From IMG/VR virus record IMGVR_UViG_2836755666_000018, positions 1-64,000 of that record: a stretch of 64,000 nt of DNA. One strand, given 5' to 3'. This DNA comes from a virus. Taxonomy: Duplodnaviria; Caudoviricetes. The stretch's first letter is position 1; each line of letters begins with the position of its first letter. The position numbers were made by a program, and so were the translations under genes. A model generated the notes under the pieces. It did not search any database. It was not told the origin of the DNA and worked only from the letters and a program-made list of their open reading frames with translations. Shown one piece after another: positions 19,098 through 28,238 of the stretch.

Positions 19098-21326
19098 TTA
19101 GAATACATCTTTTAACTCCATACCAATCATATCGGCAAATCTGATCCGTAATTCATCAACACTCGGTAGTTCATAAACAATTCCTATACCGCATCCCCTA
19201 CGTCCTAGTTTATTTAGCCCCATTCTGATCATCGTTTTCCCAACGCGACTACGGGCGGCGGCTTCGGTTTCCGGTTCACCATTACTTTTACACCAGAATA
19301 AATAGTTATCGATTAATTCAGTTACTGGAATTCGTACCTTTCGATCAAACGGTTCATCTTTTGATAATTCGGCATACAGGTAAGCATATAACCCCGTTAA
19401 ACCAAAGAGTATTTCTTCTTTAAGTGCCTCGGTTTTCGGTGCGCGGTGGCGATCAAAACCTGAAATATCATAATGCTGTAAATAATAAAGTAGCTTGGCT
19501 GCACCTTTATCATTCACCCATTGGTATAAGTTATCAAAATAGCTTTTATCTTGTGCTCTACTGCCGTCAGGCTCTAATACTAAATATCGCCTCTCTTTTA
19601 TTCCTGCCTTCAATGCCTGAGTACTATTACTTGCAAATATCAAACGTGAAAAATTAGCCATTGGCTCAGGATCAATTCCTTTCCGCTCAAGGTTAAACGT
19701 AGATTCACTAATAATGCCATTGAGTTTTTCGCCATCTTTAGCACTGGCTACTGTCGCTTCATCAGCAAATACCAACAATTTATTTGCTAACATGGCATTG
19801 AACTTTGCGGTAAGGTGCTCTGCACCGTTAACCTGTACGCCGTATTGCCCTAAAATTTGGAGTAATGGCTTTACAAAAGTTCCTTTTCCTGCCCCTCTGA
19901 CCGATTTCATAGCGATAGCCACGGACGGTTTTTCATCCGGTTTCTGGATTAAATGCGCCATCCATGCAATTACATATTGATACGCTATTTCATCACCTGA
20001 ACAAATTATGTGGCGGATATGATTTAAATAAAGGCTACAATCCCCCTCAACAGGTTTAACCGATAACCCCATATACAGGTTGTAGACAGTATCAGGACAT
20101 TTTGACGGTTCAGGGTAAAAACCGACTCCATTAGGTTTATAGTTCTTCCCTTTCCATTTTAACCAGGCATCACCTAATGATAGCTTTTTGGCAATGCGCC
20201 CTTCATGCAGGAAATAGTTTTTAAATTGCGCTAATTCCTCAAAGGTATGCATTAATCCATTAACTTGACAAGGTTTAAGGGTGACAACTCTGTGTTTTCC
20301 GCCGATCGTAACATGGGTATAAATGCCATTCATCTTTTGAAGTAAAGCGAGTTCGTTAGCCGTAATCACTTCTCCACTTCCTAGCTCGTAGGGATCAAAA
20401 TCGGTTACTTCATCAAATTCAACTTGATACGCCCCCTCTATAAACGCCTGTTTTGCTGCCTCAATCCCATGTTGCTGACGGTAATCATCCCAATCAGCTT
20501 TTTCTTTGGTTGGCGGTATGGTGACCCAACCATTAACCACTTTTGCGGTTTTCTCCGCTTTAATCTTGCCAATATTGGCTTCATCGGGCTTAACATCATT
20601 ATCCGCCGCAATAATGATTTTTGATTGGGGGTAATGCTTCCTGACCCATGTAGCAACGGGTAATAAATTACCTTCATCAAGCGCTGCCAGTACCACGCCT
20701 TCATGTAACTGGCTCACGGTTAAAGCGGTTGCATATCCTTCGGCAATTAACACCGTATCGGGCGTTCCAGTGAAATCAACGACGGGAATATAGCCGCCTT
20801 TTTTCTTTGTGCCTGAGATAAAGCGCTTTTCACCGTTAGCTCTGATAATCTGAGCACCCAGTAATTTATCACCCTGTTTTACGGGTAATATCATCGAGCC
20901 ATCTTTTAATAGCTTAACTGAACAGGTATGACCTTTGAGTATTAAGTACTGAGATTGACCTAATGTGGCTTCTTCTAATAACTTTGCGGATTTTTTAATA
21001 GCATCCGTTAAAGGCGGTTTATCTGATATAGTCGTTTCTTTTTGGACAGGTATTGAAATAACCTTAGCCACTTCCTTAGCCGCTTCCGTGACATCAACAT
21101 TAAATAACCGTCTCACTAAATCCAGTCCGTCACCACTACCACACTGATTACAGATAAATGTGCCGTTACCTTCCTTATCATCAAAGCGAAAGCGGTCTTT
21201 ACCCCCACAAGCTGGACAAGCGGTATGACGATTCAAGGGGACTTCTGCCCCCAGTGATGCTAATATACCTTGCCAACGTCCTGTGGCCTGCTGCTTAACC
21301 TGACGGATTAAATCAATATTTCTCAT
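19098..21326 (-). CDS. Satellite A primase-helicase (zinc-binding + TOPRIM + DUF5906/SF3-like helicase)
   Basis: CPACGGKDRF..C..CG.GDG, IAEGYAT, AADND, DWDD; helicase GAGKGTF, FADEA, IFASN. Confidence 0.9.
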   Translation of the reverse strand: MRNIDLIRQVKQQATGRWQGILASLGAEVPLNRHTACPACGGKDRFRFDDKEGNGTFICNQCGSGDGLDLVRRLFNVDVTEAAKEVAKVISIPVQKETTISDKPPLTDAIKKSAKLLEEATLGQSQYLILKGHTCSVKLLKDGSMILPVKQGDKLLGAQIIRANGEKRFISGTKKKGGYIPVVDFTGTPDTVLIAEGYATALTVSQLHEGVVLAALDEGNLLPVATWVRKHYPQSKIIIAADNDVKPDEANIGKIKAEKTAKVVNGWVTIPPTKEKADWDDYRQQHGIEAAKQAFIEGAYQVEFDEVTDFDPYELGSGEVITANELALLQKMNGIYTHVTIGGKHRVVTLKPCQVNGLMHTFEELAQFKNYFLHEGRIAKKLSLGDAWLKWKGKNYKPNGVGFYPEPSKCPDTVYNLYMGLSVKPVEGDCSLYLNHIRHIICSGDEIAYQYVIAWMAHLIQKPDEKPSVAIAMKSVRGAGKGTFVKPLLQILGQYGVQVNGAEHLTAKFNAMLANKLLVFADEATVASAKDGEKLNGIISESTFNLERKGIDPEPMANFSRLIFASNSTQALKAGIKERRYLVLEPDGSRAQDKSYFDNLYQWVNDKGAAKLLYYLQHYDISGFDRHRAPKTEALKEEILFGLTGLYAYLYAELSKDEPFDRKVRIPVTELIDNYLFWCKSNGEPETEAAARSRVGKTMIRMGLNKLGRRGCGIGIVYELPSVDELRIRFADMIGMELKDVF

Positions 21327-21673
21327 GATTTATCCTCCTGAGCAGCAGCGCTATCCGCCATGTCATTCATCATGTCAACCCACATATCAAGCCCCATCCC
21401 TGACAACTTGCCGTTCTCAACGCACAGGTCAAGTATTTGCTCAGCGACGGATTCCCAAGATTTGTATTCATCTTTCAACGGCGCTAACACATAAGTATCA
21501 ACCAGCTTCCTAATCCCTTTTACACCGTCGATAATATCAACATGAATAGCGTCATCTTCGGTGTATAAGGTAAACCAGTCTCCGCCGTATTCCTCTCTCA
21601 CATCCTGATAGATTGCCTTAGCAAATGCATTGATTCGTGCATTCAGGCGAAAGTTTAAAGTGATTAATGTCAT
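21323..21673 (-). CDS. Satellite hypothetical protein
   Basis: Coupled ORF in the operon; homologue at 41966-42317. Confidence 0.6.
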   Translation of the reverse strand: MTLITLNFRLNARINAFAKAIYQDVREEYGGDWFTLYTEDDAIHVDIIDGVKGIRKLVDTYVLAPLKDEYKSWESVAEQILDLCVENGKLSGMGLDMWVDMMNDMADSAAAQEDKS

Positions 21674-21682
21674 CTCTCCCCC

Positions 21683-22225
21683 TTAATGCACCACAGCGAC
21701 AGGCTGAACGCTGCCGTTAAGCACATCATCGATAAATAGGTTATGGAGTTGGGCTAAAATTTCTTGCCCCATAAAGGAAAGTTTTAAACACTTAGCATTA
21801 CTGACTTCTAGCATGTTTCGATAAAACGTCAGAATATATTGCTCTGCGTCTTCCTTGGTCTCCCTAGAATAAAAAGCGCCTTCAATATTATTCTCCATGC
21901 CCATGCGTTCAGTCGCCAGAAAAATAGGAAGGTGATAGTTTTTATGGGTGTAGTAAGGCTGACCATTTTTAACGTTGCATTGCATAACGAAAATAGCCGA
22001 AATAACACAGCGTACGGACGTGATCACATCGGCTTTGTTAAAATCGTCTTTTTTCCAGTATTCATCGATTAATTTCAGGATTAACTTAGGGTCATCATCC
22101 CAATGACCCTCATTAACACGATTAGGGATATCCGCCACAGGAATCGTTATTTTTTCAATATGCCCCTGTTCGTTTAAATGTGTAAGGCATACATTTTTGC
22201 CAATGGTTTTTATTTTATAGCTCAT
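21683..22225 (-). CDS. Satellite hypothetical protein
   Basis: Coupled ORF; homologue at 42327-42867. Confidence 0.6.
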   Translation of the reverse strand: MSYKIKTIGKNVCLTHLNEQGHIEKITIPVADIPNRVNEGHWDDDPKLILKLIDEYWKKDDFNKADVITSVRCVISAIFVMQCNVKNGQPYYTHKNYHLPIFLATERMGMENNIEGAFYSRETKEDAEQYILTFYRNMLEVSNAKCLKLSFMGQEILAQLHNLFIDDVLNGSVQPVAVVH

Positions 22226-22458
22226 CTTGACCCCTTCCTTTTTTTAGCCTGTTTGCGCTTACACTTTTTCGACTTAGTGCCTGTGTGCTTTGAGCCACTG
22301 ACATAAGTGTTAATCCCAGGATTTCTTATAAATTGGGGCTTCACTTTTCCCTTAAGAAAAGCCCGTGTATTCTTAGCGTTAAAGGTATTATCCCGCCCTG
22401 AGTTATAGCCATCGCTAAAAGTAATTAATGGTTGTTCGTCATATTGTGTCATGTTCAT
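22222..22458 (-). CDS. Satellite small basic protein
   Basis: ATGA-coupled ORF with Lys-rich C-terminus; homologue near 42864-43099. Confidence 0.55.
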   Translation of the reverse strand: MNMTQYDEQPLITFSDGYNSGRDNTFNAKNTRAFLKGKVKPQFIRNPGINTYVSGSKHTGTKSKKCKRKQAKKRKGSR

Positions 22459-22772
22459 CTCACGCCCTCCGATACAGGGAACCCTTCACGCTGATAGAGT
22501 GTGAACTGGGCGTTTTCTGCGTTGATAATGAGTGCCTGAGCAATTTTAGGTAAGCACATCAACGCCTCACTCATCCGGCATAAATCCGCTTTCGCCTGAC
22601 TATCGGCATAGTTTTCATTGCCACATGCCCAATATGCGCATTCACCAAAGGCTTTTAGCCCTGACATAATCCCGTCAAACGCGGCATCACAAGCGCCTTT
22701 CATTTCTCTTAGCTCTTTAGTGCTCATGGCTTGTAAATTATCCGGTATGAGGTAATGCTGAATATCAGCCAT
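22455..22772 (-). CDS. Satellite hypothetical protein
   Basis: Coupled ORF; homologue at 43096-43413. Confidence 0.6.
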   Translation of the reverse strand: MADIQHYLIPDNLQAMSTKELREMKGACDAAFDGIMSGLKAFGECAYWACGNENYADSQAKADLCRMSEALMCLPKIAQALIINAENAQFTLYQREGFPVSEGVR

Positions 22773-23367
22773 GCAGAGCCTCCTTAGCGAAATCGCCTAA
22801 ATCACAGATAGACAGTTGGGAAAGTTCAATAACGGCACGCGTTGCCGGACGAAGGCGCTTAAGCTCTCTACGGCGTAGGGTCATCGCTGCACTACCTGGC
22901 TTACCATGACCAAGATAAGAGTCTTTCTCAGCCTTGGCGACAAGGTGTTGTGCTTCTTCCGGTTTCATCTGGCTTAACTCTTCAATTGAAGGGATATCAA
23001 CATGACGGAGTTCACCTAAGGTGTTACGGCGGAAATAGCTATCTATCATCTCATTCTGTACATCCCACGATAGCGAATCGTTGAACGGTTTAACGATAAG
23101 TAAATAACCTCTTTCGGTGATAAGCAGTCCCCTAGCGGTACGTTTCGGGAAAACGTCTTTTAGCCACATCGTATGTTTAACAGACGATGTCACATCAAAG
23201 AAATCTTTACCTTCAACAAAACGAGAACGATGACGATTAAACGTCTGCCTTGCTGTTCCTTTAGGGCGATCATGTGCCTTATCAATCATGGCAAAGGTCA
23301 CAACACGCTTACCTTGGTACTCCACAACGGGCATCGCACGATTATGGATAGCGACAAAATTACGCAT
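22765..23367 (-). CDS. ORF6N (KilA-N-like) DNA-binding / antirepressor-type protein
   Basis: VVEYQGKRVVTFAMID..H.RP.GTA...FNR.R..F.EG.DF, TE.GYL..VK.F.D..SW.VQ motifs. Confidence 0.8.
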   Translation of the reverse strand: MRNFVAIHNRAMPVVEYQGKRVVTFAMIDKAHDRPKGTARQTFNRHRSRFVEGKDFFDVTSSVKHTMWLKDVFPKRTARGLLITERGYLLIVKPFNDSLSWDVQNEMIDSYFRRNTLGELRHVDIPSIEELSQMKPEEAQHLVAKAEKDSYLGHGKPGSAAMTLRRRELKRLRPATRAVIELSQLSICDLGDFAKEALHG

Positions 23368-23593
23368 GAGCCACCTCCTGACGTTGAGAAGCGGAGCACG
23401 CTATGATGCTTTGGGGTGTTATGGGCTTACGGCCTGACCAGACAAGCCGATCACCTTTGAACAGCACATGAAATAATCTGCGCTCACGACGGGTTAATGA
23501 CACTTTGCCGTAGGGAATGTTGGAATCTAGAGGGATAATCCAGTAAGTATCTGTAAATTTAGGGTGAGTTTGGGTAGACTTATACGAAGCCAT
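23360..23593 (-). CDS. Icd-like host cell-division inhibitor (putative)
   Basis: TQTHPKF start and LVWSGR end resemble PICI/P4 Icd-like proteins; GAGG RBS before ATG 23593. Confidence 0.55.
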   Translation of the reverse strand: MASYKSTQTHPKFTDTYWIIPLDSNIPYGKVSLTRRERRLFHVLFKGDRLVWSGRKPITPQSIIACSASQRQEVAHA

Positions 23594-23660
23594 AACTGTT
23601 ACCTCAGTTAACATTGTGGTTAGATGCTCTGCAAGTGTTTGCGCACTGCGGGGCATTGTC
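23588..23660 (+). ncRNA. Putative SymR-like cis-antisense RNA over the icd-like start codon
   Basis: Two hairpins (23593-23610, 23624-23656); G-U pairs form only on the + strand; TAGACT -10 at 23575; covarying copy at 44568-44640. Confidence 0.5.
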
Positions 23661-23726
23661 TTACTTATTGCTATGCAATAGTGTACATTGGTAATCTCAA
23701 TATCTAATATATACAGGAAAAAACCA

Positions 23727-23903
23727 ATGTCAACCAAAGAACACCAAAAAGAAAGAATCGTTGTACAATTGCGATTAGATTCTAGCTTATCTGAACGCCT
23801 TAACTTAGCAATGAAAGAGGACGGAGATGACAATAAAGCTGGTTGGATAAAACGCTTACTTCGCAGAGAACTAGACAAAAGAGGCATCCCCCCCAAAGGC
23901 TGA
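23727..23903 (+). CDS. Ribbon-helix-helix (CopG/Arc-like) regulator, divergent from the icd-like gene
   Basis: 58 aa; alternating beta-strand IVVQLRL followed by two helices (WIKRLLRREL); AGGA RBS. Confidence 0.65.
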   Translation: MSTKEHQKERIVVQLRLDSSLSERLNLAMKEDGDDNKAGWIKRLLRRELDKRGIPPKG

Positions 23904-24485
23904 GATTGCTTAGAGAAATATTCCGCTGGTTGCCCCTGAGCCAACCCAACCAACCCGATATTATCGGGTAGCCTCATCATCAGAGAAATATTTCCTTGAT
24001 GTTCTGAGTGACCATGAGCCACTCGCTTTGTTTGTTTATTAACCGTTCCTCTTAATGATGAATGGTTATTTTTTGCACTACTCAAATTTGAGTAGATGAA
24101 GTATTGTAAACTGCGATTAGCGGGTTGTTTCTCGTACTGCACAAATTGAATCAACCTATTGTTTTTAATGCTTTCTTTTGTGCGCACCTCTCTAACGGCT
24201 TGTACACCCATGTTGTTTAATTTCTGAACTACACTTTTTGTGTAGTGACCTACACTTTTTTTGTAGGTCGACTTGTTCAGGCGATTAAATATATCGCCCC
24301 CCTGATTTTTGGCATAAAGAAGCCCTTCACGGTTATTCACCGTGTTTTGAATGTTCATATTGAACCTTATTTAATTAATTGAGCGGTGAGTCATGCTGCT
24401 TGGTCAGAAAAAAGGGGACTTTCGGTAATCACTGCCTACCAGGGAAAGGAAGGAATTTTTTTCTAACCGACTTCCTCTTTAAGTT

Positions 24486-24596
24486 GTTACAGGTCTTTAT
24501 AGGTTTTTAGAGGTATTTTATCTACCTGTACCTAATTAACTAATTGATATTAAATAGATTAAATGTAATTGGTACAGGTGATACAGGTTTTTTAGG
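24486..24596. repeat. Second iteron cluster of satellite A, inverted relative to 18866-18972
   Basis: TACAGGT/ACCTGTA repeats with an IHF-consensus match; reverse complement aligns to 18866-18972 over about 110 bp. Confidence 0.65.
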
Positions 24597-24627
24597 TTTT
24601 CTGCCAAAAAGGGTATTTTTCCTCTAA

Positions 24628-24912
24628 TCAATGAGATTGACGGCTATAAGGATTATTCACGTTCTTCACCTCTGGCGGATTGCGTGCCCACCATAGAACA
24701 TCGCTTAATAGCCATGAGACGGAGTTCTTTCCCATAGGTATACGCTTAGGAAATTTTCCTTCTTCCTCTAACACCCATCGACGGGAACGGGATAAACCGG
24801 ATATCTGCTTACATTCGGCTTCCCTGATTCGTCGATCATACTTTTGACCGTATTCATCTAAAATAAATTGTCTTTCTTCTCTGGTAGGTTCAGTAAATTT
24901 AACGGTTATCAT
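24628..24912 (-). CDS. alpA: AlpA-family regulator (protein identical in both satellites)
   Basis: DRRIREAEC..ISGLSRS.RW.LE..GKFPKRI..G..SV.W..SDV..W. Confidence 0.88.
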   Translation of the reverse strand: MITVKFTEPTREERQFILDEYGQKYDRRIREAECKQISGLSRSRRWVLEEEGKFPKRIPMGKNSVSWLLSDVLWWARNPPEVKNVNNPYSRQSH

Positions 24913-24928
24913 TATTTTCTCTCCATAA

Positions 24929-24952
24929 TAAAAAACCCCGATTAACGGGGTT
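24929..24952 (-). terminator. Rho-independent terminator between the two alpA genes
   Basis: AACCCCG-TTAAT-CGGGGTT followed by a T run on the minus strand; copy at 45917-45941. Confidence 0.7.
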
Positions 24953-24984
24953 CAATTCATGACATTTAATTTTATACGTTTTAG

Positions 24985-25209
24985 TTATTCAGGTTTCCAT
25001 GTGCCGTTTACCCAAGCCTGAACCTCGGATAATCGGTATAGTTTTGTTTTGGGCCCATAAACGTATCTTTTAGGAAATCTGCCCATTTTTATCATATAGT
25101 GCCTTGTTGATGCTCCTATGCTGGTTAACCATTTACATTCACCTTCTTTTATCATTCTATCTATCTCAGGCTCTAACAATAATTCATCTTTACTCATTAT
25201 TTTTATCAT
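24985..25209 (-). CDS. AlpA/excisionase-like protein next to the integrase
   Basis: DRMIKE.EC.WLT, GRFPKR, YRLSEVQAW. Confidence 0.8.
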   Translation of the reverse strand: MIKIMSKDELLLEPEIDRMIKEGECKWLTSIGASTRHYMIKMGRFPKRYVYGPKTKLYRLSEVQAWVNGTWKPE

Positions 25210-26411
25210 TGGTTATCTGCCTCTATAAATGTATTCAGATAGCGTAACCAATCCTCTAATGCCTGAGTTTTTTCATTCATATATTGGCTACGGTTATATA
25301 TTCCCATCACCCCAGGCAATGTATGTCCTAACAATTGTTCAATAACATAAATGTTAACACCCTTGTCCGCCATATTTGTTGCTAATGTTCGTCTCATATC
25401 ATGTAAACACCATGATCTAGCATGTCCTAATTTCTTCCATAACCTACCCATCGTTGTACTGATAGGTACTTGATTGTAGAGTTTACCAAGGATTAAATTA
25501 GTATTATTTACCGCTTTTAAATTGACTAGCCACTGTCTTATGTCTTTTGGTATTGGGCGAATGATTTCTCTACCATTTTTGCTATTCTCTTTGGGTACTG
25601 TCCATATCCAGTTTTGAAAATCCCATTCATCCCATGTCGATTTTCTAATTTCAACCATGCGACAACCAAATAAAATAGCCAGCAATAAAATATGTCTATA
25701 ATGCGATTCAATGACGGTATTGTTGAGTTCTTTATTAGCCAAACGCCACACATCCCTTAACTCATTTTCTGTTAAGACTCTGTCTCTTTTCTTTGCATTT
25801 TTGCCCATATCAGACAACGTAAAATCGTCTAATTCATGATTAACGGCATAACGTCTTACCCGACAAAATCGCAAAGCTTGTTTTACATCGAGGAATGTCC
25901 CACCGGAAATAACGGGGGCTTTTCTTTTTAGTTTATCAAATAACGATAACCATATATCTGCTTTACATTCGCTTAATGGCATATCACCGATATGAAGATA
26001 AATATACCGTTTCAAATTGTTTTGAACTTTTAGCCAATCTTTCCTTTTATCCTTAACGTAGTGTTCAATCCAATATTCAAGCGCATCTTTCACCGTCACG
26101 GGTTTTAGTGTTGTTTCTTTTTGAATTTTAATATAAATACGAGGGTCTTTATTTTCTACTAGCCATTCTCTACACTGATTTCTTACCTTCCTTGCCTGTT
26201 TTAACGACATATCAGGATATTTACCTAATGTTAACCAAATAGGGGAACTATTGCGATCACCTAATCGATAAAAGAAGACAAAGCTGACCATCCCACTTTT
26301 AGATACCCTGATTGATAATCCCCTTCCATCAGCAACGAGTAATTGCTTTTCTCTTAGGCTACCGCTGAGTGCTTTTAATCGTTTTTCACTGAGCTTATTT
26401 TCTGCTGCCAT
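25206..26411 (-). CDS. int: Satellite A tyrosine integrase (P4-like arm-binding domain)
   Basis: ADGRGL..R, LGKYPDMSLKQAR, GCR..EI, HDMRRT, LGH, Y catalytic motifs. Confidence 0.95.
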   Translation of the reverse strand: MAAENKLSEKRLKALSGSLREKQLLVADGRGLSIRVSKSGMVSFVFFYRLGDRNSSPIWLTLGKYPDMSLKQARKVRNQCREWLVENKDPRIYIKIQKETTLKPVTVKDALEYWIEHYVKDKRKDWLKVQNNLKRYIYLHIGDMPLSECKADIWLSLFDKLKRKAPVISGGTFLDVKQALRFCRVRRYAVNHELDDFTLSDMGKNAKKRDRVLTENELRDVWRLANKELNNTVIESHYRHILLLAILFGCRMVEIRKSTWDEWDFQNWIWTVPKENSKNGREIIRPIPKDIRQWLVNLKAVNNTNLILGKLYNQVPISTTMGRLWKKLGHARSWCLHDMRRTLATNMADKGVNIYVIEQLLGHTLPGVMGIYNRSQYMNEKTQALEDWLRYLNTFIEADNQ

Positions 26412-26432
26412 AGCGTTAACTTCTCATTTCTA

Positions 26433-26455
26433 GCAATACACATTGCAATACACAG
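26433..26455. repeat. Putative integrase arm-type sites, right end of satellite A
   Basis: GCAATACACATTGCAATACACAG; IHF-consensus match AATCAATAAATTA near 26520. Confidence 0.75.
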
Positions 26456-26582
26456 AGTTCAGTACCAATGAATAAACATGAAATAACACCAGTACATAAA
26501 TTAATAACTAATTATTTAAAATCAATAAATTACTTAAAACATGGAAACGCGAATATGCGTAAATAATTACTATGTTACACAG

Positions 26583-26764
26583 TGTTTGTTGGTGTCAAGT
26601 AATGTGGTGCAGTCTATAAAGCTTCCTGTTAATCCTGTTGCGCCTATTGCTCTACAGGTATCCAGAAGTTTCATTGCAGTCACTGCATCCCCCACTTTGC
26701 CAAATTTCACTACGGTATTTTCGGGTAACTTAGCGTATTCCGGCGAACTTTTTCTTTTAGCCAT
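26583..26764 (-). pseudogene. Major tail tube protein, 5' part (split by satellite A)
   Basis: MAKRKSSPEYAKLPENTVVKFG...IDCTTLLDTNK; major-tail position after the HK97-gp10 gene. Confidence 0.9.
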
Positions 26765-26781
26765 AGTATTTTCCTGTTGTA

Positions 26782-27195
26782 TTAACGATGTTTTTCAATG
26801 CTGGCGCGAATTTCTGATGCTAAGGTATTAAGGATAAATTCACGGTGATAATCCAATGCGGGTCGGATAAAAGGGCGCGCTATCTGTTTAACCGTACCAA
26901 ACTCTTGGGCGCGTGCTTTTATCGCCTGTTGTTTTGAAGGGCCAACTCTCACTGTGACGACGGTTTGTGTTTTTTTGTCCTTTATTCTGCTGTTAGTGCG
27001 GATTTTAATGCTATCTCGCATATGTTCGCCTGAATGAATCGCATCAAATCCCGAATGGCCTTTCATATCGGCGAGCACCGGTTTCATTACTTCACTCCCT
27101 GCTTTGCGTAAAACCTCAACCGCAACTTCATCGCCCAATTTTTTTAATACCGATTCAAGATCGCTTAATCCCTTCACTTCTACTCGATTTCTCAT
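26782..27195 (-). CDS. HK97-gp10 family tail component
   Basis: GL..L...L..L, SG.H.RDSI, QEFGT....ARPFIRPA. Confidence 0.9.
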   Translation of the reverse strand: MRNRVEVKGLSDLESVLKKLGDEVAVEVLRKAGSEVMKPVLADMKGHSGFDAIHSGEHMRDSIKIRTNSRIKDKKTQTVVTVRVGPSKQQAIKARAQEFGTVKQIARPFIRPALDYHREFILNTLASEIRASIEKHR

Positions 27196-27579
27196 TTAGC
27201 ATCCTCCGCATAGGTCAAAATAAAATCCCGCGTGATCCGATAACATATACGGTTTTCTGTCAGTTCTTCCCTGTCCTGAATTAAGTTACCGCGTTCAATA
27301 TGTTGTACCGGATAGTCACCCAGATAACCGTGTTCAATTTTTTCCCATTCCTCCTTGATTTTTTCGCTTAGCCAGAGGGCTTTTTCATAATCATTGAGTA
27401 ACTGAACTGTTATCTGATATCGCGCCTGTACGAGCGTTGTTTTTGCTAACCCCGTAAATACTTTCGGATCACTGATACGCTGATAAATGACCCTTCAAGC
27501 TGTTTTGAAGGAAGTTGAAGGGGAAAGCATCTAATCCCGTAATACGGCTTAAGTCTTTTTTAATATCATTTTCTATCAT
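27196..27579 (-). pseudogene. Tail terminator-like protein (frameshifted as assembled)
   Basis: Starts MIENDIKK; YQRISDP..TGL and RITRDF motifs present after indels in homopolymer runs. Confidence 0.65.
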
Positions 27580-27892
27580 GGCGGATATTTGCTTCTGTGG
27601 TAATAATGAGTCGATCAGGTTGATTACGATCTAATGCTCTGACGGTAAAGCGACGTTGCCGATATTCAACCAGCCAATCAATATCAATATCGTTTCTTGG
27701 CCTTAACGTAAAACGCAAAGTTTCAATCACCTGTTCTTGATCAGCGGTGCGAATTTTCCGATTAGATATCGACTCCGCATGGGCCCAAACGGTGTTAACC
27801 GCTTCCATTTCAGTATACGGATCGCCTAAAGGACGATATTTTGTGATAGGCCGATACAAGGTAATGCGTTTAGTCAATTCGGCGGCTAACAT
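27566..27892 (-). CDS. Helper head closure / head-tail adaptor
   Basis: A.EL..RITL, VWAHAE, F.LR.R.DI motifs; synteny. Confidence 0.8.
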   Translation of the reverse strand: MLAAELTKRITLYRPITKYRPLGDPYTEMEAVNTVWAHAESISNRKIRTADQEQVIETLRFTLRPRNDIDIDWLVEYRQRRFTVRALDRNQPDRLIITTEANIRHDRK

Positions 27893-28193
27893 CCTTCCCT
27901 CTCATCGGGTATATCCGATAATCGTTTAATATTTCGTAAAATCCAGGGGGAATTCTTTTTAACTCCCGCGTGTCATACCAAAAGCCTACCGCCAATATCA
28001 ATGCCTGTTTAATCAACGGCGTTATCACTAATTGGGTTGCGTTTTGCGTCTTTTTCTCTGAATCAGATAATGAACGGTTAAGGTAGTTTTCTGCTTTTTC
28101 TTTGGCAGCGGCAAGGTACATCAATAAAAGCGCATCTTCCTCATCCGTATCAATACGACACTGAAGATGTAAATCATCAAGCGTAGGTAACAT
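27870..28193 (-). CDS. Helper head-tail connector (gp6-like)
   Basis: L..QCRID..EEDALL..YL.AA, YLNR, IKQA.L..VG.WY..RE. Confidence 0.85.
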   Translation of the reverse strand: MLPTLDDLHLQCRIDTDEEDALLLMYLAAAKEKAENYLNRSLSDSEKKTQNATQLVITPLIKQALILAVGFWYDTRELKRIPPGFYEILNDYRIYPMRGKDVSRRID

Positions 28194-28238
28194 GCCAAAC
28201 CTCAACTTTTGCAAAAGGGGCATATTGCCCCTCTTAAA

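Larger units (their letters stand above)
11375..26590 (-). mobile_element. Satellite A: capsid-forming PICI-like element integrated in the helper major tail gene (15,208 bp core to core)
   Basis: Direct-repeat core TGTTTGTT at 11375-11382 and 26583-26590; gene order int-alpA-alpA-icd-ORF6N-primase-capsid-protease-portal-adaptor-connector-HNH-terS-terL; no tail or lysis genes. Confidence 0.92.

Noticed and set aside
23360-24358. 332-aa ORF as one protein
   Set aside because: It runs antisense through the RHH gene and RNA hairpins into the icd-like ORF, which has its own RBS and ATG; it stops at 44855 in B. The N-terminal ~130 codons may be a real gene, but I cannot support the fusion.
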